A stretch of 64,000 bases of DNA from assembly GCA_017450005.1 (NCBI GenBank), contig JAFSYM010000146.1, positions 2,811 through 66,810 of the forward strand. The letters run 5' to 3'. This DNA comes from Clostridia bacterium (GTDB taxonomy: Bacteria; Bacillota; Clostridia; Oscillospirales; Acutalibacteraceae). This document shows positions 26,733 to 36,095 of this stretch, in pieces (the first letter of the stretch is position 1; every line of letters begins with the position of its first letter). A program made the position numbers and the translations under genes. Below the pieces are notes generated by a model, which made no database searches, was not told where the DNA came from, and saw nothing but the letters and a program-made list of their open reading frames with translations.

Positions 26733-27968
26733 ATGGATCTGAAAAAAATCATTGACAAAAGAGACTGGGCTGCCAAATATATGATCGAAGAGATCACGCA
26801 CGTCATCAAGACCTTCGGCAAGCGTGATCCCGGCTCCGAAGGAGAGAAGAAGGCCTGCGAATACATGGCGGACGTGCTGCGCAAGGACTGCGGCTGCGAG
26901 GACGTCAAGGTTGAGTCGTTTACGGATCATCCCGGCGCATTTTACGGCTGGCGTTTTCTGACCATTTCGTTTGTGCTTGCGGGCATCGTGCTTCTGTTTT
27001 TCTTCCCGCCCGTATCCATTTTTCTGATCACGCTGGGCTTTGCGATCATGTTCCTGGAGTTCGGATTCTACAAGCAGGCAGTGGACTGGCTCTTCCCCAA
27101 GCGCACGAGCCACAATGTGACAGCCGTTAAAAAGTGTACCGGCAAGGTCGAACGCCGCATTTTCTTCAACGGACATCCCGACGCGGCATGGGAATGGCCG
27201 GTCAACTACAAGTTCGGCGGCGCGGCGTTCGAGGCACATGCAATCATCTGCTGTATCGGCGCGCTGTATTACCTGGTGCTGTCCATCATCCAGGTCTGCT
27301 CGCACGGCATTGCCGGCGCGGTCGCTTCATCCGCAATCGGCAAATGCGGTCTGGTCGGTCTGATCTTCGTGCCGTTCCTGCTGGGTCTGTACATGATGAG
27401 CAACGAGTTCCACGTTGTCGACGGCGCAAATGACAATCTGACCGCCTGCTATATGGGTATCGCAATCCTCAAGGCTATGCGCGACGCGGGCGTCGAGCTT
27501 GAGCACACCGAGGTCGGCGTGCTGCTGACCGGTTCCGAGGAAGCGGGTCTGCGCGGCGCGAAGGCTTGGTCCGAGGCGCACAAGGATGAGTACAAGGACG
27601 TGCCGACGTTCTTCTATGCCTACGATACGATCCATGATCCCAAGTACCTGATGGTCAACTACCGCGATCTGAACTCCATCGTCAAATCGGATGCGGATCT
27701 GGGCGACCTGTTCATGGAAGCGGCTGCCGCACTGGATATCCCGTGCAGCAAGGGCTTTGTGCCGCCTCTGGGCGGTTCGACGGACGCCGCCGCATTTGCG
27801 CAGGCCGGCCGCAGAGCCGTCGGCATCACGGGTCTGAACCACAATCTGGAGAACTACTATCATACCCGCCGCGATACATACGACAATATGAATCCGCAGG
27901 GTCTTTCCAACTGCTTCGCCGCATCGGTCAAGGTGCTCGAAATGTTTGACGACGGCGCAAAACAGTAA
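26733..27968 (+). CDS. membrane-associated M28-family metallopeptidase
   Basis: LLTGSEEAGLRGAKAW motif, with several TM segments in the centre. Start at MDLKKII with RBS GAGAGGA; the track start 26652 overlaps icd. Confidence 0.75.
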   Translation: MDLKKIIDKRDWAAKYMIEEITHVIKTFGKRDPGSEGEKKACEYMADVLRKDCGCEDVKVESFTDHPGAFYGWRFLTISFVLAGIVLLFFFPPVSIFLITLGFAIMFLEFGFYKQAVDWLFPKRTSHNVTAVKKCTGKVERRIFFNGHPDAAWEWPVNYKFGGAAFEAHAIICCIGALYYLVLSIIQVCSHGIAGAVASSAIGKCGLVGLIFVPFLLGLYMMSNEFHVVDGANDNLTACYMGIAILKAMRDAGVELEHTEVGVLLTGSEEAGLRGAKAWSEAHKDEYKDVPTFFYAYDTIHDPKYLMVNYRDLNSIVKSDADLGDLFMEAAAALDIPCSKGFVPPLGGSTDAAAFAQAGRRAVGITGLNHNLENYYHTRRDTYDNMNPQGLSNCFAASVKVLEMFDDGAKQ

Positions 27969-27987
27969 TACAAAACCACATATAATT

Positions 27988-28030
27988 ACAGCGGGGCGGT
28001 TCTCGGAACCATCCCGCTGTTGTTTGTTTT
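27988..28030 (+). terminator. rho-independent terminator
   Basis: Stem ACAGCGGG / CCCGCTGT, followed by TGTTTGTTTT. Confidence 0.55.
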
Positions 28031-28038
28031 ATGCAGTT

Positions 28039-29892
28039 TTATGCCGGATGCCGTGCGCAGTACGCGTTATACAGCTTCTCGACCAGAGGGCTTACCGCGT
28101 CCCAGAACGGGCTGTCGTACAACGTCGACCAGCAGAAGGGGATGCGCAGCAGATGCAGCGCCGGACAGCCTGACAGATCGCGTTTGCGCGTCATTTCGCC
28201 GATGCAGTCATTGCCGAACGCGACGATATCCCGATACAGCGCGTCACGCGCCTGCATGCGGCGCAGGGGATTGCGGAAGAAGGAGAACTCCCGCCTGCCG
28301 TTGGACGCTTTCCAGTACCGCCAGCAGATCTGCGAGCGCAGCACACGCTGCACCTGTTCCTGCGTTTCGGCCTTTGCGGCGGCCTCGTCCCACAGCGCAT
28401 CGCACGTTTGCACGTCGCGGATTGTCATCGCGGGAAGCGAGCCTCTGGCGCGCTGGAAGATGTGCGCATGTGAGAGCTTCGTCACACCTTTTTCACAGCA
28501 GAGGTCGATAAAACTGCGGATCGACTGCCAGCCGCCGCCGTAGTATGCGGCAAGAAAACCGTTCATCGTGTCGTCATAGTCGAGATACGGGTCGGCCATC
28601 AGGCGGCACTGCAGGTAGCCGCGCAGCGCGCCGAATTCGCCGTCGCAGCGGTCGAGGTAGTAGTTGCCCTCGCCGTAGACGCCGCGGACGTTGTGCTCGT
28701 AATAGATCTGCATGTTGCGCTGCAGCACGGCAATGTTCGGGAAAAAGTTGAACGATTCGCCGTAGTTGGTGCCGTAGTCCCAGATGTAGATGCGTTTGCA
28801 GATGGCCGACCAATCCCGCAGATCCTGCATGAATGCGGTGTTGTCCCGGCAGGCGGGGTCGTCCAGGGTATGGCCGAAGCAGCATTCGATCGAGCACAGA
28901 CGCACGATCACGTTGTCGCGCGGGACGACCTGCGTCGGCGGTTTGCGCGTGTATTCATACGCGAATGTGTCGATTGCGACGTTCGTGTAGCCCGCGTCAC
29001 GCACGGCGTCCGCGACCGCGTTGGCAAATGTAATCATCGTTCCGGCGTGCGAGCCGTTCGCCTTGTCGAGCGCCGCGCAGGCGTCGCAGGTGCAGAAGTC
29101 GTGGTTATCGTGCTGCGTGAGCGAGACGATCTGGGTCGCCTCGTCCGGGTTGTATTTTTCGCCCAGCAGTGAGAGCACTTCGCCCGTCACGATGCGCAGC
29201 GTATCCGGATTTGTCAGACAGAGCTGGTTGGGCGTTCGCTGACCCTCGTGCAGCGCGAAGTATTCGGGATGCGTGTCGAAATACGACCGCGCGGCGCAGA
29301 ACTGCGTGGTCAGCGTGTGCGCAAAGCCGGACAGGTAATTGACCGAACCGCCCCACGCGTCGGGCACAGCGCTGCGGTAGGCCGACCCGTTCATGCGGTT
29401 CGCCGTGGCAAATGCGATGCTCTGACTGGTGCGCCAGTCGGTTTCGCAGTATTCAAAAAACGGCGTGTACTGTGTTTCGTATCCGTCCGGAACGGTGATC
29501 GCGTCACAGTGCGGGATGACTTCCAGATCGTGCGCGTACCAGCGGCAGCCGCAGATTTCCTCCAGAAAGGCGAATACACCGTACAGCGTACCGCGCTTGC
29601 CGGAACCGCTGATGTAGACGTCGCCTTCCCGCTCTGCGATCCGGTATGCGCCGTCTTTGCCGGAAGGGGGCTGCACGGCAGGATCGTCCAGATGAAAACG
29701 GATGCGCGCCGTATTCTCTGCGCCGGTTTTCGCCAGATACTCCCGCAGCACGGACGAAGCGTTGGTCTGCCACGGTGCGGGATTTTCGGGCAAAACAATT
29801 TCGGGGGAGGCCGCAGCGGACGCGCACAAGGCGGATTGCGCGGCGAGAATCGTCAGTAAAACGACCATGAATACAGAGATGCATCTTTTCAT
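28039..29892 (-). CDS. secreted DUF4838-like glycoside-hydrolase-related protein
   Basis: Signal peptide MKRCISVFMVVLLTILAAQSALCASA. The overall sequence resembles DUF4838 (GH20/GH67-like N-domain plus barrel); this is recalled from memory, not tested. Confidence 0.6.
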   Translation of the reverse strand: MKRCISVFMVVLLTILAAQSALCASAAASPEIVLPENPAPWQTNASSVLREYLAKTGAENTARIRFHLDDPAVQPPSGKDGAYRIAEREGDVYISGSGKRGTLYGVFAFLEEICGCRWYAHDLEVIPHCDAITVPDGYETQYTPFFEYCETDWRTSQSIAFATANRMNGSAYRSAVPDAWGGSVNYLSGFAHTLTTQFCAARSYFDTHPEYFALHEGQRTPNQLCLTNPDTLRIVTGEVLSLLGEKYNPDEATQIVSLTQHDNHDFCTCDACAALDKANGSHAGTMITFANAVADAVRDAGYTNVAIDTFAYEYTRKPPTQVVPRDNVIVRLCSIECCFGHTLDDPACRDNTAFMQDLRDWSAICKRIYIWDYGTNYGESFNFFPNIAVLQRNMQIYYEHNVRGVYGEGNYYLDRCDGEFGALRGYLQCRLMADPYLDYDDTMNGFLAAYYGGGWQSIRSFIDLCCEKGVTKLSHAHIFQRARGSLPAMTIRDVQTCDALWDEAAAKAETQEQVQRVLRSQICWRYWKASNGRREFSFFRNPLRRMQARDALYRDIVAFGNDCIGEMTRKRDLSGCPALHLLRIPFCWSTLYDSPFWDAVSPLVEKLYNAYCARHPA

Positions 29893-30038
29893 ACCGTGTT
29901 CCTCCGATCCTTTTCTTTCAAGCACAGCGTACCATATTCACCGTCCGAAAGCAAGAAGTTTTTCCCGTAATCTGGTGACTTGAAAAGAAACAGGGAAGTA
30001 TGGTATAATCAGACAAAAAGACGAAGGGGCGATCGGAC

Positions 30039-30575
30039 GTGCTCGGCTACCTGAACTATCGAAACAATAAAAAACTGGACGACGCATTGCCGCAGGGACT
30101 GCTCAACGCGCAGGCGCTCGGCACGCTGGGGCAGTACCGCTACGGCCTGTTCTCGTTCGGCTGGTGCGGATGCGAGATCATCGCGGTCTATAACTTTCTG
30201 CAAATGTATGGGCAGCCGATGAAGCTCAGCGCAATCGCGCGGGAGATCTACGGCTACGGCCATCTCCTGCTCGGCTTTTTCGGCACGAACGTTTACGTTC
30301 TGCCGCACTTTTTCAAGCGTCATCAGATTCCCGTGCTGCACACGACCGACAAGGCGGTTTTCCTCGAACATGCGCCGAAAGGGCGGTTCGGCGTCGTTTC
30401 GTTCTGGACGGGAAAGGTGATGCGCAGCTCGATCCACACGGTCGCGTACCGCATGGAGGAGGACGGCGGCGTTACCGTGTTCAACCGCTATAACAAACGG
30501 GACTTCGACCATCATTATGACAGTCTGGCCGACGCGTTCGTGCAGTATCCGTTTCTGACGGCAAGCTGGACGTAA
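30039..30575 (+). CDS. hypothetical protein, possible papain-fold Cys/His enzyme
   Basis: GTG start, 178 aa. GWCGCEIIAVYN and SIHTVAY segments look like a Cys...His dyad. No family assignment. Confidence 0.45.
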   Translation: MLGYLNYRNNKKLDDALPQGLLNAQALGTLGQYRYGLFSFGWCGCEIIAVYNFLQMYGQPMKLSAIAREIYGYGHLLLGFFGTNVYVLPHFFKRHQIPVLHTTDKAVFLEHAPKGRFGVVSFWTGKVMRSSIHTVAYRMEEDGGVTVFNRYNKRDFDHHYDSLADAFVQYPFLTASWT

Positions 30576-30587
30576 AGGGGACGGCTT

Positions 30588-32156
30588 ATGACAGCAAAGA
30601 AAAACGGAGCCGGTCATCGGCTCTTTCGATTTCTCGGCTTTGACAGCACGTTCCGCAGCGCGCTGCCGACGATGATCCACTACAACTGGGCAATCTTTCT
30701 GGGCAACGGCTCGTTTTACATCATCGGACTGTTTTTTATCCCGTTTCTGACGCGCGTGGAGGGCTTGTCCGCCGCACAGGCGGGCGTCGTGGTGCTGTGC
30801 GCAAAGCTGTGCGACGCGTTTACCGATCCGATCATGGGCATCCTGACCGACCGCACGCGCTCGCGATTCGGCAGGCACAGGCGGTATCTGCTGCTGGGAC
30901 TTGTGCCGGTGGCCGTGACGTACTTTATGATGTGGACGTCGTTTTCGCTGTCCGACAGCAGCCCGACAGTCAAGATGTTCTACTACATCGGCGCGTATAT
31001 GCTCTTCAGCACGGCGTACACCGTCGTCATGGTGCCGCACACCGCCATGCTGCCCGTGCTTGCGCCGACGTACGATCTGCGCACGCAGTTCAATGCCATG
31101 CGCACGATCCTCGACGCCGTCGGTACGGAAGGGTCGTTCCTGATCGCGACGATGCTGCTGAGCTATCGGCGCATCGCCGGCAAATCCGTGCTGTCGAGCG
31201 CGGTCAGCGCGATCGGCAACACGCCGGAGTTTGACCCGTCGTTCCGTCCGAAGTTCCTGCTGATGGGTCTGATCTTGTGCCTGTTCTTTTCGCTGCCGCT
31301 GCTGGCGACGTTTTTCGGCACGCGGGAGGAAAGCTCGCTGCGTGATCCCGTGCAGCCGTTCAGCTTCAGGGCGTTCGCGGACGAATACCGCTCGATCCTC
31401 AAAAACCGCGCGTTCCGGCAGTATTTCGCGCTCACCTTTTTCAATACGGTCGGTCTGGGTTTTGTGTCCAACTCGTCCTACTACTTTCTGCAGAGCGTGG
31501 CGGGTATGGTCGCGCTGTACACGATCACCAATCTGATCTCACAGGCGGGCGAGGTCGCAGGCTTCCCGATCAATTACGTTTTGTCCATCCGCTTTTCCAA
31601 GCAGACACCGGCCAAGATCGAACTGCCGTTTGTCCTGCTGGCGCTGTTTGTCAGTTTCTTTGTGCATGAGGGCGGCAGCCGCTGGGTGCTGATTCTGGTT
31701 TATATCTTCTACAACTTCGGCATTGCCGGCGCATCGGGCGTGACGAGCAACCTATTCCCCGACGTGACGGACGTGGACGAGATGATCTGCGGGCAGCGCC
31801 GCGAAGGAAAGATTTCCACGTTTTCCACGCTGATTAAAAAGATTGTGTCGGGCTTTTCCGCCGCGATGACCGGTTTTGTACTGCATGCGTTCGGCTTTGA
31901 TCCGTCGGCGGCGTCGCACAGTGCGACGGCACTGTGCGGCGTGCGCTTTACCTATGCCGTACTGCCGATGCTCTTTATTACCTGTTCCGTCATCTGCGCG
32001 TGCCGCTACCGGATGACGAAGGACGACCACGCGCTGATCCGGCGCGCGCTGCGTGACAAGCACGACGGGCATCCGGTCGCGCTCACGGACGAAGAAAAAC
32101 AGCGCTGCGCCGCCATTTCCGGCGTCCCGTGGGACGAAATGTGGATAGCGCAGTAA
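30588..32156 (+). CDS. GPH-family (MFS) glycoside/cation symporter
   Basis: 12 TM segments. GILTDRTRSRFGRHRRYLL matches the GPH loop 2-3 signature. Confidence 0.8.
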   Translation: MTAKKNGAGHRLFRFLGFDSTFRSALPTMIHYNWAIFLGNGSFYIIGLFFIPFLTRVEGLSAAQAGVVVLCAKLCDAFTDPIMGILTDRTRSRFGRHRRYLLLGLVPVAVTYFMMWTSFSLSDSSPTVKMFYYIGAYMLFSTAYTVVMVPHTAMLPVLAPTYDLRTQFNAMRTILDAVGTEGSFLIATMLLSYRRIAGKSVLSSAVSAIGNTPEFDPSFRPKFLLMGLILCLFFSLPLLATFFGTREESSLRDPVQPFSFRAFADEYRSILKNRAFRQYFALTFFNTVGLGFVSNSSYYFLQSVAGMVALYTITNLISQAGEVAGFPINYVLSIRFSKQTPAKIELPFVLLALFVSFFVHEGGSRWVLILVYIFYNFGIAGASGVTSNLFPDVTDVDEMICGQRREGKISTFSTLIKKIVSGFSAAMTGFVLHAFGFDPSAASHSATALCGVRFTYAVLPMLFITCSVICACRYRMTKDDHALIRRALRDKHDGHPVALTDEEKQRCAAISGVPWDEMWIAQ

Positions 32157-32169
32157 AATAAGCGGTTCA

Positions 32170-32357
32170 TCACGGATTTTTGTGGGATGGTCAGATGTCG
32201 TTAAAGAGCGGTGTCATCGCGAGGAGCGAAGCGACGCGGCGATCCGTAACCCCGGTAGTGCATAAATGAACAAGAAGGAGAACGGATTGCCGCGCGCCAT
32301 AAAGGCGCTCGCAATGACAAACAAGGGGACGTTTTCTTGTTCCACAAAAATCCGTGA
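32170..32357. repeat. nested inverted-repeat (MITE/REP-like) element, family 2
   Basis: Perfect 16-bp outer IR TCACGGATTTTTGTGG (32170-32185 / 32342-32357). Inner IR TGTCATCGCGAG...GCGATCCGT (32212-32247) pairs with ACGGATTGCC...CTCGCAATGACA (32282-32319). Confidence 0.6.
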
Positions 32358-32368
32358 AGAGGGAAATA

Positions 32369-32416
32369 AGCGAAGACGTTTAACCTTGCACAGCAGAGGA
32401 AACGTCTTCGCTTTTT
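32369..32416 (+). terminator. rho-independent terminator (13-bp stem plus TTTT)
   Basis: AGCGAAGACGTTT / AAACGTCTTCGCT followed by TTTT. Lies between the GPH gene and the convergent tspO. Confidence 0.65.
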
Positions 32417-32422
32417 GATGAT

Positions 32423-32896
32423 CTATCGGTTCAGCATCCATACACCGTAGTTGAGCACAGCGGCAAACGTGACCCAGACGAGATACGGCAACATCAGCAG
32501 TCCTGCCGTGCGGTTCAGGTTGAAAAACACAAGCGTTACCGCAAGCACCAGAAGCCACAGTACGGCGATGCATACCAGCGCCGCGCCGTAAGCACCGGCG
32601 TTGAAGAACAGCAGCGGCCAGACGAAATTGACCGCAAGCTGCGCGAGGTACAGCGCCGCTGCCGCGGGAGACCGTTTCGGCTGTGTCCACACGAGATACG
32701 CCGCCACGCCCATCAGCAGATACAGGATCGTCCACACAACCGGAAACAACGCCGCGGGCGGCGAGAGCGGCGGCTGCGGCATGCCGCCGAACGCGGAGAC
32801 GCCGTCCCGGATCAGGATGGCGGCAAGGATGCCGACAGAGATCGGCAATGCAAGACTGACAGCGAGTTTTTTGGCATAGATTTTCAAAGTGTTCAC
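32423..32896 (-). CDS. tspO: TspO/MBR tryptophan-rich sensory protein
   Basis: 157 aa, 5 TM segments. Motifs PPAALFPVVWTILYLLMG and NFVWPLLFF. Confidence 0.85.
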   Translation of the reverse strand: MNTLKIYAKKLAVSLALPISVGILAAILIRDGVSAFGGMPQPPLSPPAALFPVVWTILYLLMGVAAYLVWTQPKRSPAAAALYLAQLAVNFVWPLLFFNAGAYGAALVCIAVLWLLVLAVTLVFFNLNRTAGLLMLPYLVWVTFAAVLNYGVWMLNR

Positions 32897-32998
32897 CTCG
32901 CCATATCCTATGCGCAGCCGCCGTCGTTTATGAAAAAAGCGGAGATACAGGCGTTAATGCCCGCATCTCCGGCTTTTGCTTTGGTGTAAATTGCTGCT

Positions 32999-33994
32999 TC
33001 AGCGGCGCGACGAACCGTCCGGGGAAAAACAGGACGATGCGGCACATTGCAGCGTCAACGTTTGCCGTGTGGAAATAAGACAGTCTTCCGCGCCGAGCAT
33101 CGTTGCCCTTCCGGCAATCTCATCGGCGAAATCCGCCGCCATATTGAACGCACGCGCCGGGCAATCCAGAATTACCTCCCGATCGCGGTAGAGAAACAGG
33201 CGCGGATCTGTGTAGTGAAAGCGCAGCATGCCCTTCTCGCACCAGAAGCGGAATTCCCAGTACGTCGGCATGTCGTATCCGCAGGCCGGCGCGCAGTAGG
33301 AAACGTCGCCGGTCAACGCGATCGAACCCATCTGCGCCATGAACTGTGCGCAGTCGTGAAAGTGCGGTGCACGTTTGGCAAAGGCGTTCCACGTTTTGAC
33401 GCAGTTGACTTGTGTCAGATTCCCACCGGTCAGGAACTGCACAAGATCCACGCCGTGTATGGCCAGATCGTTGATCGTGCCGCCGTGGCGGTCTCCTTCA
33501 AAATACCAGGACGGGCGTGTGTCTTCGCACAGCGGATGCTGACCGGAAAAGGAGACTGCATGAATCGCGCCCAGCTCCCCGCCGCGCAGCATTTTGCGTG
33601 CCGTTTCGACCTGCGGCAGATACCGCAGATCCAGCATACAGCGCACAAGCAGATGATTCTGACTGCACAGCCGTTCGATCTCATCCAGCTCTTCCGGCCG
33701 TGTGCAGATCGGCTTGTCGCACAGCACATGCTTGCCGTGCCGCAGAGCCTGTGTGATTTGGCTGCCGCGCACGCCGTAGTAGTCGCCCACGGCGACGGCT
33801 TCCGCGCGCGCATCCGCCAGCAATGATTCGTATGACGGATAGGTGCAGACGATCCCTTCGTCACGCGCAAGAGATGCGCGCACATCGGCGTCTTCCTCAA
33901 AGCAGCCGACGATCTCCACGTTTTCCGCCTTCTGCGCGTCCCGGTACAGCGAGAGGATGTGCGGGTGGCGAAAACCGGCAAAAGTGATCCGCAT
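32999..33994 (-). CDS. Gfo/Idh/MocA-family oxidoreductase
   Basis: 331 aa, N-terminal Rossmann-like fold and a C-terminal alpha/beta domain. EKP-like CDKPI motif. Confidence 0.7.
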   Translation of the reverse strand: MRITFAGFRHPHILSLYRDAQKAENVEIVGCFEEDADVRASLARDEGIVCTYPSYESLLADARAEAVAVGDYYGVRGSQITQALRHGKHVLCDKPICTRPEELDEIERLCSQNHLLVRCMLDLRYLPQVETARKMLRGGELGAIHAVSFSGQHPLCEDTRPSWYFEGDRHGGTINDLAIHGVDLVQFLTGGNLTQVNCVKTWNAFAKRAPHFHDCAQFMAQMGSIALTGDVSYCAPACGYDMPTYWEFRFWCEKGMLRFHYTDPRLFLYRDREVILDCPARAFNMAADFADEIAGRATMLGAEDCLISTRQTLTLQCAASSCFSPDGSSRR

Positions 33995-35148
33995 CAGAAC
34001 ACCTCCTTGCCGGAAACGAATGCGGAATGTATAGTTATCGCATCGTCAAAAGCAATGACGTCCGCGTCGTACCCTTCGGCAAGGACGCCTTTTCGCAATC
34101 CGAGAATATTAGCGGGAACGGCGGTGAGCATCTTCACCGTGTCCGCGAGCGGCACGCCGACTTCCCGCGTGAGCGTGCGCACGAGCGTATCCGGCAGCGC
34201 AATACTGCCGGCGAACGCGCTGCGGTCGGACAGCATGCAGACGCCGTTTTCGATCACAAACGGCGTTTGCGCCATCATGCCGTGCGTGATGTCGGTACCG
34301 GCGGGCGCAAGGCTGTCCGTGACGAGCGCCACATGATCCGTACCTTTGACTTTGAGAACCAGCCGGATCAGCTCCGGCGGCAGATGCTTGCCGTCCGCGA
34401 TGATCTCAACATACAGATCGTCGCGCAGGAACGCGGTCTCAATCACGCCGGGACGGCGGAAACCGTGGTCGCGCGTCACGGTCGACGTGCAGGAATACAG
34501 ATGCGTGACCAGTGTGCAGCCGTTGCTCAGTGCGGGCAGCATCTGCGCGTATGTCGCGTCGGTGTGGCCGGCAGACGGCACAATACCGTTTTGCCGCAAA
34601 AAAGCGCAGAATGTGCCGTCCGGATCCCGTTCGGGCGCGTACGTCCAGCGGATGATCGCACTGCCGCACTCGTACACAAGCGCCGTATAGTCATGAGCAA
34701 CAGGGTCGGTGAGCGCTGCTTCGTTTTGTGCGCCGCACTGCGCGGGGGAGAGATATGGTCCCTCCAGATGCGCGCCGGCGATGTGCGTTTGCAGCTCCGG
34801 CGCAGCCATCGCCGTGCGGATGGATCGCACGGCCTTCGCCATTTCAGAAAAAGGTGCAGCGGAAACGGTGGGACATACACAGGTTGCGCCATGCCGCAAC
34901 AGAAAGTTGCAGCCGCGGACGACGTCCTGCGCCGTACCGGAAAAATCAAATCCGTTTGCGCCGTGCGTGTGCATGTCGATAAAACCGGGGGAAACATATA
35001 ACCCCGTCCGATCATACGTCTTATCATACGGCAGCGATCCGTCTGCCGTGACTGCGGTGATCGTGCCGTCCGAGCAGTAGATATAGCCGCCGCAAATGCC
35101 CTGCGGGGTCAGGATGCGGTCGCTCTGAATCCGAATACGCATTGTCAT
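33994..35148 (-). CDS. nagA: N-acetylglucosamine-6-phosphate deacetylase
   Basis: GFIDMHTHGANGFDF, GAHLEGPYL and ALVTDS motifs. Confidence 0.85.
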   Translation of the reverse strand: MTMRIRIQSDRILTPQGICGGYIYCSDGTITAVTADGSLPYDKTYDRTGLYVSPGFIDMHTHGANGFDFSGTAQDVVRGCNFLLRHGATCVCPTVSAAPFSEMAKAVRSIRTAMAAPELQTHIAGAHLEGPYLSPAQCGAQNEAALTDPVAHDYTALVYECGSAIIRWTYAPERDPDGTFCAFLRQNGIVPSAGHTDATYAQMLPALSNGCTLVTHLYSCTSTVTRDHGFRRPGVIETAFLRDDLYVEIIADGKHLPPELIRLVLKVKGTDHVALVTDSLAPAGTDITHGMMAQTPFVIENGVCMLSDRSAFAGSIALPDTLVRTLTREVGVPLADTVKMLTAVPANILGLRKGVLAEGYDADVIAFDDAITIHSAFVSGKEVF

Positions 35149-35918
35149 CCCTCCGCCGGCAGCAGTCTTGCGCTGTCCGGATCACAGTACAGCACAGCGT
35201 GCGGATGCGTGCGCAACACGGAGGCCGGCACACGTTCGCTGACAGGCTGTGTGAGCGTATCGAAGACAGCCTGCGCTTTTGTCGCCGCCGGCACGGTGCA
35301 GAACATGTGCGCTGCGCGGCAGAGCGCCGGAATCGTCAGCGTCAGCGCGTACTGCGGCACGTCGTCGAGCGTCGAGAAGCAGCCGTCGTGTACCTGCTGC
35401 ATGCGGCAGATCGGATCGAGCCGCACTTTTTTCAGCGTGAGCGGATCGTGAAAGTCGGCGACCGGCGGATCGTTGAACGCAATATGTCCGTTTTCGCCGA
35501 TGCCCAGGCACACGATATCAACCGGATGCGCCTGCAGCAGATGTGTGTACCGCGATACGGTTTGCTCCGGCGTTTCCGATGCATCCTGTATGTAATACAC
35601 GGCGCGGAAGGGGACTTTGTCAAACAGGCGTTCCCGCAGAAAACGTCCGAACGACTGCGGCGCGTCCGATGGGAGACCGATGTACTCGTCCATGTGGAAT
35701 GCGTTGATTTTGTCCCAACGGATATCCGGCTGGACGATCAGCGCCTCGAGCATTTCGTTCTGAGAAGGTGCAGCGGCAAAAATCATATTGATTTCCGCCT
35801 GCCTGTCCTGCAGCGCGCGCACACAGGCCGCGATCTCTTCGGCCGCGCACCGGCCCGTTTCGGCACGCGAGGGCAATACCTTGACACAAAGCTGATCGGC
35901 AAAGAAAACTCTGTTCAC
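35145..35918 (-). CDS. nagB: glucosamine-6-phosphate deaminase
   Basis: NAFHMDEYIGL and CLGIGENGHIAFNDPP motifs. 4-nt overlap with nagA. Confidence 0.8.
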   Translation of the reverse strand: MNRVFFADQLCVKVLPSRAETGRCAAEEIAACVRALQDRQAEINMIFAAAPSQNEMLEALIVQPDIRWDKINAFHMDEYIGLPSDAPQSFGRFLRERLFDKVPFRAVYYIQDASETPEQTVSRYTHLLQAHPVDIVCLGIGENGHIAFNDPPVADFHDPLTLKKVRLDPICRMQQVHDGCFSTLDDVPQYALTLTIPALCRAAHMFCTVPAATKAQAVFDTLTQPVSERVPASVLRTHPHAVLYCDPDSARLLPAEG

Positions 35919-36095
35919 AGCAAAACACTCCCTGCTTTTCTGTTTTTACTCAAACCATTTGCTGTCAATCAGTATAGCATACGGCGTTTCGATATGCAAC
36001 AACGGAATGCAGTGTGCGGAACTTTTTATCGTTTGGTTTTCCAATCAGTTGATTTTTTGGGAATAATATGGTATTGTAATATGGGAGGGATCACA

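Noticed and set aside
35142-36095. N-terminal 318-aa extension of the 1575-aa track ORF
   Set aside because: This part is antisense to nagB, which has clear motifs, and lacks an RBS. A proper RBS plus signal peptide begins at 36096.
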